Below, in pieces: positions 13,301 through 27,559 of a DNA stretch of 64,000 nucleotides. The notes under the pieces were generated by a model. It made no database searches, was not told the DNA's origin, and saw nothing but the letters and a program-made list of their open reading frames with translations. This DNA is from Mytilus californianus (Eukaryota). The stretch lies in contig NW_026262593.1 of NCBI RefSeq assembly GCF_021869535.1, positions 43,586,001 through 43,650,000 on the forward strand, given 5' to 3'. Made by a program: the position numbers and the translations under genes. Each line of letters begins with the position of its first letter. Position 1 is the first letter of the stretch.

Positions 13301-14599
13301 TGGGCAAAATTTATAAAGAAGGGAGAAAAATGGCCTAAAAAATAAGAGAATAAAGAAATTTAAGTACTCTCAATCCAGACCCTCATTAGAAAGCCTTTAT
13401 CACACTGTTTAACAATTTCACACATTTCCACAAAATCAAAATGTTATTCATCGCTGTATGTTGCTGTTGAAGACATATTCATACAAAATTGCCAAGCTTA
13501 CATGGTTTTTTCAAATTTTGCATCGAAGGACATCGCTAACCAAAATGAATTTATTTGTATCCAGAGTACAAGACATAGATTAACGTCTAATAGATTTCAA
13601 TATTGCTTAACGATCTCCTTCTTGTGCATGTTTTGGATACATACTCAAATTTGCGGTTTTGGACATTCTATAGTCGTTTATAATTTGACCACGCGTTTAG
13701 AAATAAGCCAGAATATTTCTAAAACCTTTAGGTACACATAATTGGCTGTGATACCAAGGATTTGTATAGTATCTAACTATACAAAACCTTGGTGATACTA
13801 TGAACTTGAGTATAGATTGAAATACCTTTTCAAAATGGTCCCGGTGTGAAATAGAATCATGGAAATTTGCCTTACTCCTTTGTGTCTTAATAGACTGTTA
13901 AGTCGCATTCAAATACTACTTCTTTCAACAAATCTCTAATAATAACTTTACAGGTTGTTTTCTTTTAGTATGTGCAATTAGTCTATTTTAGACTAGTTAT
14001 CCCAATAAGCCTGGAAATTTTGTGGCTTGTCACAAATAGGTTCACAACAGTTAAAGGATTGTCAGCATGCCGGCATAGATGATCAACTTTAACGCGTATA
14101 TCTTGAACTGGATATTATATTTCATGCAATGTGTTATAGGTGTTACATTTTCTTTTCGATGTGTCTGATCATTCAAATCATTATCACACTCCTCTTAAAA
14201 GCATTGCACAGTTTATGTTTTTTAATCCTTGTTTTAAACAGAAATAGTCCCTTAAATATAGATGAAAGGAGATGTGGGTATTATTCAATGAGACAACTAC
14301 CCAACGACAAAAATAAAAAAAAACAAAACTTCCAGAAGGCAACTTTCATCGTTGATCTCTTTTTTATTTTAGATTTTCTTCCATGTTACAAATTTAATAT
14401 AAATATAGACGGCTATCACAGTATATGATAAAGAAAGGGGTCCGGGGAATCTTTTCTTTTGCAAAAACACTAAAGTGCAAGATAACATCTGATCCGGGGG
14501 GACGGGTGCAACCGGGTTCACGTAACACCCCTTAAGGTTGGCAAATATGGTGTGTACATAGTGTGCAATTTAAAGTTTTATTATTTTTTAACTCAATTA

Positions 14600-16115
14600 G
14601 TCTATGTTAAGACTATTCCAAACTAAAAGATAAATTGGAAGAGTTGGTCCTGCTTTGTTTCATAAAAAAGATAGCCAACGTAGATACAAGTATCTTGTCT
14701 TAGGGAGGGATAAATCGTACTTTGTAAAAAATAACTCCGATTCAAACAAAACATTCACTGAAACTGACATTATCAAGATGCTTGATTTCTTGATTTACAT
14801 CATATTTGTTACGTTTGGAGAACGTGGTTTTCAACAAACAATCGGCATTCCCATGGCAATGAACTGTGCTCCTCTTCTTGCCGACTTGTTCCTTTATTCA
14901 TATAAGGCTGACTTTATACAGAAACTTCTTAGGAAGAAAGAAAAGAAGTTAGCAGTATCCTCTAACTGTACTTTCCGCAATAGAGATGATGTTCTTTAAA
15001 TAATTCAAAATTTGGTGACTATATTGAACGCATCTATCCCATCGAACTTGAAGTAAAGGATACAACATATACAGTTAAGTCTGCCTCATATCTTGACATA
15101 CATCTAGAAATTGACAATGAGGGTCGGTTGAAAACAAAACTTTACGACAAAAGAGATGATTTCGGTTTCCATATTGTGAACTTTCCATTTCTATGTAGCA
15201 ACATTCCATCATCTCCTGTATACGGAGTATATATCTCTCAGTTAATACGATATTCCTGGGCTTGAATTTTCCTATTATGATTTCCTTGATAGAGATTTGC
15301 TGCTAACAAGAAAAGCTTTTAAACCAAGAGTTCCAAGTAGTGAAGTTGAAATCATCCCTTCCGTAAATTTTACGGGCGTCATCACGAGTTGGTTGATCGT
15401 TATGGAATACAGATGACAACGGATATGTTCAAATTGTCGTAACTACAATCCCGTCCCCATTTCTAGGAATGTGACCTACCGAATTAGACTTATCATTGGG
15501 TTTGTACTTACATGAGCAACACGACGGGTGTTAAGCAGGATCTGCTTACCATTCCGGAACACCTAAGAACACCCCTTGTTTTATTTCAAAGGGGTTCGTG
15601 TTGCTCTTTCATTAGTTATACGTGTTGTTCTTTGTGATTTTTAATTTTTCAATGTTTTTGTTTTTTATACCGATAGCAGTCTCGTCTATCCTTTATCATG
15701 ACAAAACTATCAAAATATCAAAATTTCACATTCGGCCAAGCTTCAGGGTTAGAACATTTAACATGACCGATGGTCTATAATTTGGTGATGTTTTTGGGTT
15801 AGATAAGAGTCAATTACCAATCCGCTACAGTGTGATGTCTAATCACTTGATATAACTTATCAACGTATTTTATAGGAGTAACACGACGGGTGTCACATGT
15901 GGAGCAGGATCTGCTTACCCTTCCGGAGCACCTGAGATCACCCCCAGTTTTTGGTTGAGTTGATGTTTCTCAGTCTTTAGTTTTCTATGTTGTGTTTTGT
16001 GTACTATTGTTTGTCTGTTTGTCTGTTGGCTCTTTTTCTTTTTTAGCCATGGCGTTGTCAGTTAATTTTTGACTTATGAGTTTGAATGTCCCTTTGGTAT
16101 CTTTCGCCTCTCTTT
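14600..16115 (+). mobile_element. 5'-truncated, decayed Penelope-like retroelement (RT C-terminus + 3' tail; probably Naiad-type)
   Basis: FQQTIGIPMAMNCAPLLADLFLYSY, mutated catalytic FRNRDDVL, then LEIDNEGRLKTKLYDKRDDF and YISQLIRY-like segments with frameshifts. No downstream GIY-YIG domain visible. Confidence 0.8.
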
Positions 16116-18162
16116 TGTAACACAGAAAAATGCCTGTATTTGCTGTCAATTTACATTGTTAAGACAATACTGCTGTTGTGTCTAATAAAGAAGGTTATAC
16201 AATTTATGTTTGTGCTTGGAGATTTACCAAAGCTATGATAAGTTACGTTGTTTGCATTTTGTCTGTGGAATAACCTCAATATTTCAAGGAATTTATACGC
16301 AATAAACGTTGAAATATTGCTTCAAATCATATGAAGTGCTTAAATCAAAGAAAACAAAAAAGGTAAGATAGATATTTCTTTTCTATTTTCTATTTACATC
16401 CTTCATTCTTTTTATCTTGCGAGAAAAATATTTTACAGCGTGTACTTATAGTACAATGGTGATGTTATATCGAAGTAATTTGTTGACAATTGTTGGTCTT
16501 TCCGTTGTTTTTCTTGTTGACCTTGGTATTGCCTGTTTTACCTCGAACTAAGGTTTTTTTATTGTCATCTTGGTATATTCTGCCTCTTTTTTGAAGTCTT
16601 ATTTTTTTGTTGTTGCATCAATCACATTAAATGCATTGTCAATTACCTGGAAAATCATCTGGGGCAAAATTTATAATATAGAACCCTTTCAGTGAAAAGA
16701 TTGTTTGCTTTCTGATACCTAAGCAACAAACGCTAATTTTTTGGAATATTAATATTTTTTCTATAAACTTAGAGCACTAAACTTCTTTTGTAAGAATGTG
16801 TAACAAATTGTATGAAATGCCAAAATTTCAATCGATGCGATTCAAAATTTCTGCTAAATGCTGAAATTGCAAGTGTCATTACATTTTCAAGACTAAAAGT
16901 TTAAATAGTCATATGTCTATATGACCTTATGTAAAGCTTTCTACAAAAATGTCCAAGAAAATAATTTAAAATGGAATACAATTGTAAAAAAATTCAAGAC
17001 AACAAAAAAGTTTATTTTGGAGATGAAATTTTTTAAACATTTTTTTCCCAATTATTAGGCTCTTGTGTATATCGACACGTTTTGAACTATTGATAGCAAG
17101 TGATAGATAGGTTGTGCGTTAGCAAATGTACAAAGCTGTCAAAACTACTTAGTAGGTAAAGAATAATTTGTATCTTTCAAATGATATATTGCCATCTAAA
17201 AAGACAAGAACAGTTGATTTATAATTAAACTAAAAGATCTTTAAAGAGATGTATGTCTTAAATCAGACGCGAGGTTTTATTGTGGATCGTAACAAACGGT
17301 ACTACAATCTGTCGGTGCCTATACTTTTGTTATGGCACAAGGTCATGTTTTCTCTGACTTTTGATACTTTTTATACCAAATCCATTGATGTGTACTGATT
17401 GATATTTTAGTCTTATATGCATGATTTTTTTTATTAGTTGTTATTGGCTTTGAACTAGGTGTCAGTAACTGCGAGTACTCTCAAATCTGTACTAATTTAA
17501 ACGCACCGACCTTTTTAGCCGAATAGAATTTTTACTAATAATATTTTGATTCCAGGAAATAAACTTTTCACTAAGAAACTTAAGTCTAGATAATGCATGA
17601 ATCAACTAATCTTTGTAAAATGATACCCTTACAACTACAGGACTCTGGTTAAGATGTATCCCTGTGTTTGATGACCAAAAAAAAATTCACAAACACTGCA
17701 CGATTGGTTGTGTCTATATCTTCAACTGCATGACAGCTTTATATTTATTGTTTTGAAAACTTACAGCATTTTTTACATTTTAATTATCAAATAAGCAAAT
17801 AAACTTTGGTTTTGTGTTTAAAATACTTATATTGCAGTCTTTTGTGATCATAAAATACGTTATAAATTCTGACAGTAGAACTTCTTTATTATATAGATTT
17901 CATCGTAGTGGAGAAGATGGCTACATTCGGTATAAGACAGAGGACAAAGGAGCGATTGTTCCGATCTTTCCAATTCAAAATGGAACACTCGGGTACTACA
18001 GAGAGTTAAGAAATTGCTTCTTGACTTTTGGTATCCTGTGAGTCACTCTCAACTGCAAGGAGTCAAGGATGATAGCGAATGTTTGGATACGTACTTCAAT
18101 TCACTGTGCACACTTATTATTCTCTGTCACAACGAAAATATCATTGTCATGGTGATGTTCAA

Positions 18163-21100
18163 CTAGTTTGTCTCCAAATGCTTCACAATGTCAAAGTACA
18201 GAGCATGTTCGGTCGTACAGACAAGAAGTCCACTGCCTGAGTCATCATAGTGAATTTCATGAGGATTTTTAAGTCCGTCTGCTTCTTTTAGAACTTGAAC
18301 ATGAGACCTCTTATCATGGGACACCTCAATATTGCATCTTTAAATCGCCATATAACCTTTCCAGTGAGATCACAGCAGAATATGGTATGATTGCTTTCGT
18401 CTGCACAGAATAAATTATCTCCTCTTGTCGTAATGCAGCTTGCCTTTTTCGTTGGTAATGAAAACTTTTGTTTTTCTACTCTTGGTTCAAATGAATCGCC
18501 AACAAATAGTACTTCTATCATATTTTCTATTGCAACGTAACGAAAATTTTTATTATAAGATATTCCCCAACATTTTCCGCTTACTTTTATCATTTTTAAA
18601 GTTTCGGTGGATGTGACGTCCATAATTGCAATTTGTTTGTCTTCAGGAAAGGTCAAGGCAATCGTATTGTCCATACACCTTACAACGGCAATGCTTTCTG
18701 GTCTATAATGTAGTATTATTTCTCTGATGAATTTACCATCTATGTCAAATATAAGTAATCTTTTTTCTTTGAAGTCGGTAAATAGTAGCTGATTGTTTAA
18801 CAAAATGCCGTCCATGAAATCGATTGGTATGCTTAGTTTAATTTCTTTACGCAAAGTCAAATAATAAGGACGACCTATAAATAGATGAAATGAAATATCA
18901 TTACAAATGCAGCGATAGATTTATGATTAACTTATACACTTGCATCTTAACAATTGTTTGGGTGTAACTTCAACTGCCCTTACCTTTTATCGTTTCAATA
19001 TCTTTTATTATTTCTAATTAAGCTTATCTATATTCCTGCTTCTTTTGCCTGACTGAAAGAGGTTTGAATATTAGCTTACATAATTCAGGACAGAAATCTC
19101 TCAACGGAACGCATGTTTACATGACAACTCAAATATGCATTTAAAAATATCATTCAATGGGAAAATTGATAAACATACAGTACTAATATGATTAAAAAGT
19201 GTTACTATTTTTGTCTGATATTTTGTCTATAAAATATATTCATAGGTGTTTCATCTGCCTTCACAGATTTTGATTCCGAATTTGACTCAGCATAGGCCTT
19301 GACCAATCAGCAATACGACAGGTGCCTTGATATCACATGGTTTTGAAAGACAAATGCTTGGTTTTAAGAGTTTGAAGTATTTATGGAATTACTTTTAATC
19401 TACTTCCTTGGTGTATCGCCCCTGAAATCCCGCTTAATTATTCCCTTTTCAGCACATTGTTTCGTTCTTTTCTACCTGGTATTTACCAGCATTCTCAGCA
19501 GTTTCGAGAACGACGTCCACATTTGAATCCAATATCTCCGAATCAAGCATGGTTAAGTTATCCAGAAACTGTTTTAGGTTGTTTTTCACACGTTCGGTAT
19601 CGTTGTCTGTATCGGTCATCTGCAAGTTCAATTTTAACCAGTTGTGTGACTTTGGATCAAATCTAATTTGCTTTTAGCATCCACCAGTTCTCTTTTATCT
19701 TAAAAAGTGATTCATTATCCATTTGTAACACTTATAATACTAGGAGGTAAATAAGATAACGTTCGGTTGATATATCATGGCTAATTCAGATAATTTAATG
19801 ACTGATACTCTCATTAGAGAGCCTACTGGAGTATTGTTGTGTTTATTGTTTTATTTTTGTTTTTTCATCATATATACCAACTGTACTTGTATAAATTAAC
19901 TTAAAATGTGTAAGCTGATCAACTGAGTCAACCAATATCTGACATTAGTACATAGTTTTTAAAATAAAATTTGGTCCAAATCGAAGGAGCGAGGTTAGAA
20001 TTTTGTTTACCTCAGTTAAGATGACGACAACAGATTGATACAACAAGCGCATAGACTATCAAACGTTACATATTGTTTCGGCCAGGATTCAAATTGGTTT
20101 ATTGAGTTTCATTCTCCAACGGTAAAAATGATCCAATATCAATCAACTTGGACCATAATGTTTGCTGTCTATAATAAGACTTCAACGTAAGACAGTTTTC
20201 AAATGTAAATCTAAAGGTAAAAATTTGACCTTTCGGCAATAATGAACTACTAGTATATAGTTTTCAAACTCTTCCAATTAAGATTTGAAGTTGACATGAA
20301 ACATCTATAAAAAGACTTACTGCATGGGATGTTGTAATCTGACATTGATATCAGAAACTCTGCCTCTTTCTCCAGCAACTCAACCACTTCTTTATAACCA
20401 AAAAGCCTCTCTAAGAACGATAATATCTCATTCTCAAACTGATCTTTGCTTGAAAATGCTGTTTTGTGTACGTTTAATTTCAACAGAACGCTGCTTTCTT
20501 CAACTTTTAGTAACACTACCTTATAATTTCCTTTGTTCAATTCGTCTTTGATAGCGTTTACTCTATGAACAGCATCAGTCTCATTTTTCACTTTTCTTAA
20601 GTATAACATACATTCTGTTTCATCTGCAGATAACAAGATTTAAAAGGATTGGTTTGAGTATATGATTATCTTATTAAATATCAAAGTTTATTTCAATTTT
20701 TATCGACTCAAATAACATTTGTTAAAACTCACGATATTATAGTTGGAAATATACGGTCAACTTGATTAAAACGAGAAAACTGCAGTAAAACTGCATTATA
20801 TGATTGTAAATTATTTAAAACATGTTCAACATGTGCAGATGATAACAAACCTTGTTCAAGTGTCCCATCTTCTAGCCTTTTGGTTATCGTTTTCCCGAGA
20901 TATATTTTGCAATTGTTTTTTTTTGTTTTGTACATCTCTACAAAATAACAAAAAATGTCACACAAGAATAAATGGAAAATTTATAAGATTATTACGATAT
21001 TAACCATGTGTATTTTCTGAATAAACTTACTTTATAAATTTTAAGAAAGTTTTTTAGAGACAGTTCCACTTCAATCATAACATTTGCGTAATTTAGTTTA

Positions 21101-21908
21101 ATAGGAATTAACCTTGTCTCATTCAGGTGAGTCAATAACAAGGTTCGTGAAGCTTTTTTTAAAAATAAGCAATGACTGTTTGGCGATAGATTGTTGCTTT
21201 CTAAACGTCCAGTGACAAATATTTCATGCATATTACTTAAAGTTGGATTGTCATGTGCGCTAAACGAAAGATGTTAAAAGTGTACGTAGCTGTAATTGCG
21301 TTTCTCTCTTTTGTTTGAAGAGATACGTAGAATATCTCACTAATTACCTTGTAAATCGAGATACTTTTCAAGAAGTTTTATGTATTTCTCCTTTATGTCT
21401 TCGTCCATAGAGTACTTTCGAAGTTTCTCGATTTCTTTCTCAAAGATCAGTTTTTGAAGATATTTATCTGCTCTTTTTCAATGTCTGTTACATCTGAGAA
21501 CAACTTTTTAAGCTCTATTTCAGTCATATCTGCCCTAGTTTTGTGAGTGATTTTATTTCTATGCCTCCGCAGTCTTTCAGTATCATCTCCGACATTAACG
21601 TCATCTGTATCTGGGGTATTACCCCAGCTTTTTGTAGGTTCGTCGACTAATTTGGAATATCTTATAAGTTTGTACAACAGACTAAAGTCAATTTCGTCGT
21701 AGTTGCCAGATTGCAACGACTGAATCATCTTTCTTTCATCTGCGTCCAGTGTATTACGAAATTATTTATCTCTAGAAACCATTCTTTCAAGAGCCTGTGC
21801 TGGCATGTTATTGTGCTGCACGGTGATAAACTGTCGTAATATTTCAGGAAATACATCAGTAATCAACATTGAGGAACGAGCGTATCGGGTTTGTGCATCT
21901 ATCGACAT
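18163..21908 (-). pseudogene. Disabled copy 1 of the HEPN + middle region + NHL-like propeller gene
   Basis: Exons 21908-21348, 20937-20851, 20623-20321, 19698-19487 and 18874-18163 are collinear with copy 2. Lesions relative to copy 2: GAA>TAA at 21762-21764, 1-nt deletion near 21479, 1-nt deletion near 19661, 76-nt deletion near 18319-18324. Confidence 0.85.
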
Positions 21909-24281
21909 ATTTCAAATTTCTTTTATGCAGACTCCGTCTGTATAATGAGAACAAAATTTAGATGAAATTTCTGTGTTCTGTTCAATATATCTTATACAAA
22001 ATTAGTTACTGCGAAGTTTTGCTGAAAAATGATTATTTAAGTTATACGTTCCGGATGGTTCTCATAATTTTTCAATATTTAATTGATATTGCACAATAAA
22101 CAGAAATGAAAATAAAAGTCAACACGAGTTCAATTAGTTCAAACAATTCAATATGTAAAAACTATTTAAATGTATTACGTTTTACATAATTATGTTATTA
22201 CTGATCATTCAAATGAAATGAATATGATTATTGACCCGAATCCATTTTGTATAAAACGTTCCGTCCATAGAAACATTACAAAACACAAGACTTTTGGATT
22301 TTTTCTCTCAATATGAATGACGTAGATATATCCTTAGTGTGTAAGGAAGAATACATTTCTGTTTTTCATTATATAGGGACGAAATTGTCTGTTATCAATA
22401 AATATATGTAGGGATAATTACGGATGTTTTAATACAGATGAAAAAATAATATAAAAAAGGACATGTGGTATGATTACCAATGAAACAACTATCCACCCAA
22501 GTTCAAATGAAGTGGATGTAAGCAATTATAGGCAACCGTACGACCTTCAACGATGAGAAAAACCAATACCGAATAGTCGGCTATAAAAGGCCCTGACATG
22601 AAAACATGAAACTATTCAATTGTGAAAACTAACGGCTTAATTCATAACAAAACAATTGCAAATACGAAAAACAAATATGACAGACATGAACCTACGACAA
22701 CCACTGAACTATATTATGCTTGGGGATAAATACCAATTTATAATGATACATACGCATGTTAGTATTTTGCTTTACTATCAAGGACCATAATTCCTGAACT
22801 GCAAAATTGTGAATAGTCAGTATTGACCTTGACCACCATTTTATCATCAATAACACTATATATAAAAAATTAAAAGCTATGGTTATGATCAAGTGGATCA
22901 TAAGTCATTGAACGGAAAAAGCCATAAAGAGCCATTTTCCAATATATCAAGGACTATAACTTCTGAACGGTAAACTTAAAAACCGTAAATATCGAAGCTG
23001 GCCTCCGTTCTGTCATCAGTATCAACATATTAAAATTTGAAAAGTGAAAAGGTTGAACGGTTCATAAGTTATTGACGGAAACTGTTGGCAGCCGCCCGCC
23101 CGCCCGTCATACTTCACCAAATTAATAACCGGATGCTTCCTCCAAAAATATGGCACTGCTATTTATATTTACAATGAATATAAAATAAATAACTATGAAA
23201 ATGCTAAACATGAAGATTTTACAAAAAGGAAAATTAAATTCTATTTCTCTTCAAAAAGAATAACGCATTAGCAAATTAATAACTTTATCAGAAGTTACTT
23301 TTAGGTAATGAAAACCTTTAAACTGAATGCTTTAAATCATATTTAACAAACTTAAATTAACTTTGCTTACCTGAACCAATATTCAATAAAACTTGAAATA
23401 GTTTTATGTCTTTATTTCCAAAGAGCGCATGTAAAAGTGACGCTTTTTGGAATTAACTTTTTAGATTCGAATTTGGGGACTGTTTCAGGTTATCCAATCA
23501 AAATTAACATTTAATCAAAAACCATGACAACTTTAGTCTAATTGACAGAAAATAGGTGGGGTCATAGGTGACGTGTATGACTACAAAATATCTTAATTAC
23601 TTATGTAATCTTGGTCTCTTAATTACTTATGTAATCTTGCTATCAATGTTTACTCTATACCATATTTGAGCCGGACATTAACAATAGAAATAATCCGAAA
23701 TACATCTTATTACATGTCGGCTTCACTTTAAAAATCATATCTGTCAACACATTCTGACCATTGTCCGATAACTTCTTACGTAATCTATATACAACAAATA
23801 AGGCTTACTAAAAGGAAATATGTTTGTGTGAAAACCAAACTAAAGCTATTAAAATGTCTGTCCAAAATTGCAATAAAATATTGAACTAAAAATAATTTGC
23901 TTTAAACTTAGAACTTTTCTAATTTTCACTGAAATTTCGCAAAAATAATAAAATCTGATCAAAATGATACCATGACAGAATTACAAATTATCGAGTAGTG
24001 CATTTTAAAAGTAAAGGCTTAATCTATATTTACATCTTTCGAGGGTTCATATATCAGTCACGAATTGATATGATTAAATTGATATAATGGAAATTTTGAT
24101 CATTAAACATGTGCAACTGTTCCAAATTAATATGATTTTCAGCGCTTTTAACTACATAAAACTGTAAATCGAAATTAAACCAAACATTAACAAATATAAC
24201 TGTTTTCAGATATTTTCCTCGATATCCTCTATGCTTAATTGAATGATGTTTAATTGTTGTTTCGAACTATTGTGAAATAGG

Positions 24282-24685
24282 CTGATTGATTGTTGGTTGC
24301 TTAACGTCCAGTGTCAAATATTTCATGCATGTTCAGGACGAGAACAAATTAACAATAAATACGATAGGTAGGTCCTGTAATAGAGGCCGTTCGGAATAAA
24401 GGTCTGGGAAATTTTGACTGCCACTGAAAAATTTGGATATAATGGATAAGGGCATAAACTTTGCCTTGCAACAGCAAAGAGTTGTTGCAAGGGTTTTTAA
24501 CTTGCAGAGAGCTTGGTGCTCTCTTTACACAAGACATCAAATTGAACGTCCCCATTCTTACCGGGCGTGGGTGCGTACTTATACATCCCGCACAGTCAAA
24601 CGGACACCCCACGGTAAGGGTTTTACTGCCGATCGGAAGAAGACCAATGTGACCATATTTCTATTCCCCCAATCACCCTCTTGGG
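24282..24685 (-). mobile_element. Duplicated copy of the SINE-like insertion
   Basis: Flanked by TTGTGAAATAG direct repeats (24270-24280, 24686-24696). Confidence 0.7.
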
Positions 24686-25038
24686 TTGTGAAATAGATAG
24701 AACACTTTACTTTGGTTTCATTCTATGCTGAAATGAAATGTACATAAATCCTGCAGAAGATTATTAAATAACTTTTTGTTTTAAGTGGAAATTATTTGTA
24801 CCTACATTAACTTGATTAACAAATTTTCAAGGTGTTTAAAATTATAAATTATCTGCTCTATAGAGTATTCAAAAGTTAGAATCATAACAATTTCGTCAAA
24901 CTTAATGCACCGATATGTAATTTTGTAAACTACTTATAAACTGTTATGCTTCGCATGCTATGTGTGGTATAAACATGCATCATGAATCCATGTCAAAATG
25001 AAAAGACAAAAAAAACTTTACAAGCTTCACCATTTAAA

Positions 25039-25406
25039 CAAATGTTATACAAACTTCTGATGTTCAGTAGTTGTCGTTTGTTGATGTGGTACATAAATGT
25101 TTCTCGTTTCTCCTTTTTGATATAGATTAGACTATGGTTTACTTTTATAAATTTTGACTTGGATGGAGAGTTGTCTCATTGGCACTCATACCACATATTC
25201 TTATATTTATATAGACCTTTGGTTTTACGTTTGAATGGTTTTACACTAGTAATTTTTGGGGCCCTTTATAGCTTGCTGTTCGGTGTGAGCCAAGGCTCCA
25301 TGTTGAAGACCGTACTTTGACCTATATTGGTTTACTTTTATAGATTTTGACATGGATGGAGAGTTGTTTCATTGGCACTCATACCACATCTTCTTATATC
25401 TATTCT
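25039..25406 (+). mobile_element. Unit-2-specific non-autonomous insertion with terminal/internal direct repeat
   Basis: Absent from the matching site in unit 1 (CAAACTTCTAACTTC, about 12929-12943). Contains TGGATGGAGAGTTGT(C/T)TCATTGGCACTCATACCACAT twice. The same family recurs at about 11.2, 22.5, 35.5, 43.3, 49.9, 57.9 and 60.2 kb. Confidence 0.75.
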
Positions 25407-26464
25407 AACTTCATTACAACAAGTCCGAATACATTTTCTGATAATAGAAAAATGCAAGGAACTGTTTGTTATGCAGTAAAATTAATACATCTTAAATTTA
25501 GAGTAGGGATGATCTCCCCTGTACTTGTTTCACTTACAGGGTCAAATTCTAAACTTGTTATTTCCCACGGATATTTGAAAATAACAGAGGGTATGGATAG
25601 AGAATTACAGATTTGTGTATGCAGGCCCAATTCCACAGAAAATGAGCACAAAAAAATTAAAAATAGAGAAAAAATAGCGCCAAAAATATAAAGAATAGAG
25701 AACAATGGAGTGCTATGATATAAAGAATAGAGAATAATGGAGTGTTATGATATAAAGAATAGAGAATTATGGGCAAAATTTATAAAGAATGGAGAAAAAT
25801 GGCCTAAATAATTAAAGAATAAAGAAATTTAAGTACTCTCAATCCAGACCCTCATTAGAAAGCCTTTATCATACTGTTTAACAATTTTACACATTTCCAC
25901 AAAATCAAAATGATATTCATCGTTGTATATTGCTGTTGAAGACATATTCATACAAAATTGCCAAGCTTACATAGTGTTGTCAAATTTGTATCGAAGGACA
26001 TCGCTAACCAAAATGAATTTATTTGTATCCAGAGGACAAGACATAGATTAACGTCTAATAGATTTTCAATATTGCTTAACGATGTCCTTCTTGTACATGT
26101 TTTGGATACATACTCAAATGTGCGGTTTTGGTCATTCTATAGGCGTTTATAATTTGACCACACGTTTAAAAATAAGCCAGAATATTTCTAAAACCTTAAA
26201 GTACACATATTTGGCTGTGATACCAAGGATTTGTATAGTATTTAACTATACACACCCTTGGTGATACTATGAACTTGAGTATAGATTGAAAGACCTTTTG
26301 AAAATGGCCCTGGTGTGAAATAGAATCATGGAAATTTGCCGTACTCATATGTGTCTTAATAGACTGTTTAGTCGCATTCCAATACTACTTCTTTCAACAA
26401 ATCTCTAATAATAACTTTACATGTTGTTTCCTTTTAGTATATGCAATTAACCTATTTAAGAATA

Positions 26465-26902
26465 GTTGGTCCCAGACCACAATTACAATACGAATACAGT
26501 TCCTTTTAATTAAAGAGTATTTTTTCTTATTTTTTTTCTTTCCCTTCCTCACTCATTTCTTAGTTTTTTTGTGGATGGAAATGAAAGAAGAGAGGCGAAA
26601 TAAACTTTTGGATGTTGTATTTTAACTGATTTTGATATGGAAAGAGTGATTAGGCCAGGTGCAAAAAGGTGATATTTACAGTTTTCGGAACATCTCTTGA
26701 CTTGTCCATAGGGGTATGGATGTGTATTGGCTAAATTTGTACGACACTGGGGAGCAATTTTTCTGAATGTTGGATATATGTTTGGACTAGTACTGTACTT
26801 TACACTCACAAAATATTTGACAAAAAGAATCGGTACATTTTTTTAATGAAACAAAACGTTATAAAGAACTAATAGAGAATTTAATTGTGGTCTGTGGCCA
26901 GC
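26465..26902. mobile_element. Unit-2-specific MITE with terminal inverted repeats, flanked by TA
   Basis: Left GTTGGTCCCAGACCACAATTA; right TAATTGTGGTCTGTGGCCAGC; TA at 26463-26464 and 26903-26904. Confidence 0.7.
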
Positions 26903-27559
26903 TATCCTAATAAGCCTGGAAATCTTGTGGCTTGTCACAAATAGGTTCACAACAGTTAAAGGATTGTCAACATGCCGGTACAGATGATAAACTTTAAAGC
27001 GTATATTTTGCACTGGATATTATATTTCATGCAATGTGTTTATAGGTGTTACATTTTCTTTTTCATTTATATTTCATGCAATGTGTTATAGGTGTTACAT
27101 TTTCTTTTCGATGTGTCTGAGATCATTCAAATCTTTATCGCACGCCTCCTAAAAGCATTGCACAGTTTTGTTTTTTTTTAATCTTTGTTTTGAACAGAAA
27201 TAGTCCCTTAAATATAGATGAAAGAAGATGTGGGTATTTTTCAATGAGATTACTACCCAACGACAAAAAATTAAAAAAAAAAAAACTTCCAGAGGGTAAC
27301 TTTCATCGTTGATCTCTTTTTTTTATATTAGATTTTTCTTCCATGTTACAAATGTAATGTAATGCAGACGGCATTCACAGTATATGATAAAGGAAGGGGT
27401 CCGTGAATCTTTTCTTTTGCAAAAACACTAAAGTGCAGGGTAACATCTGATCCGGGGGGGGGGTGCAAACGGGTGCACGTAACACCCCTTAAGGTTGGCA
27501 AATATGGTAAGTACATAGTGTGCAATTTAAAGTTTTATAATTAATAACCCAATTAGTCT

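Larger units (their letters stand above)
11788..23174. repeat. Tandem segmental duplication, unit 1 (about 11.4 kb)
   Basis: Collinear near-identity with 23978-36230, from GAATTACAAATT...AAAGGCTTAATCTATATTT to CCAAAAATATGGCACTG...TTTATATTTACAA. Breakpoints estimated by eye. Confidence 0.9.

Noticed and set aside
17814-18041. Plus-strand ORF with exon-like AG/GT flanks (also 30796-31059)
   Set aside because: No recognisable motif or partner exons, it overlaps the presumptive 3' UTR of the HEPN gene antisense, and its conservation is explained by the duplication.
26549-26809. 86-aa ORF inside the unit-2 MITE
   Set aside because: No transposase or other motif recognised; length is compatible with chance.
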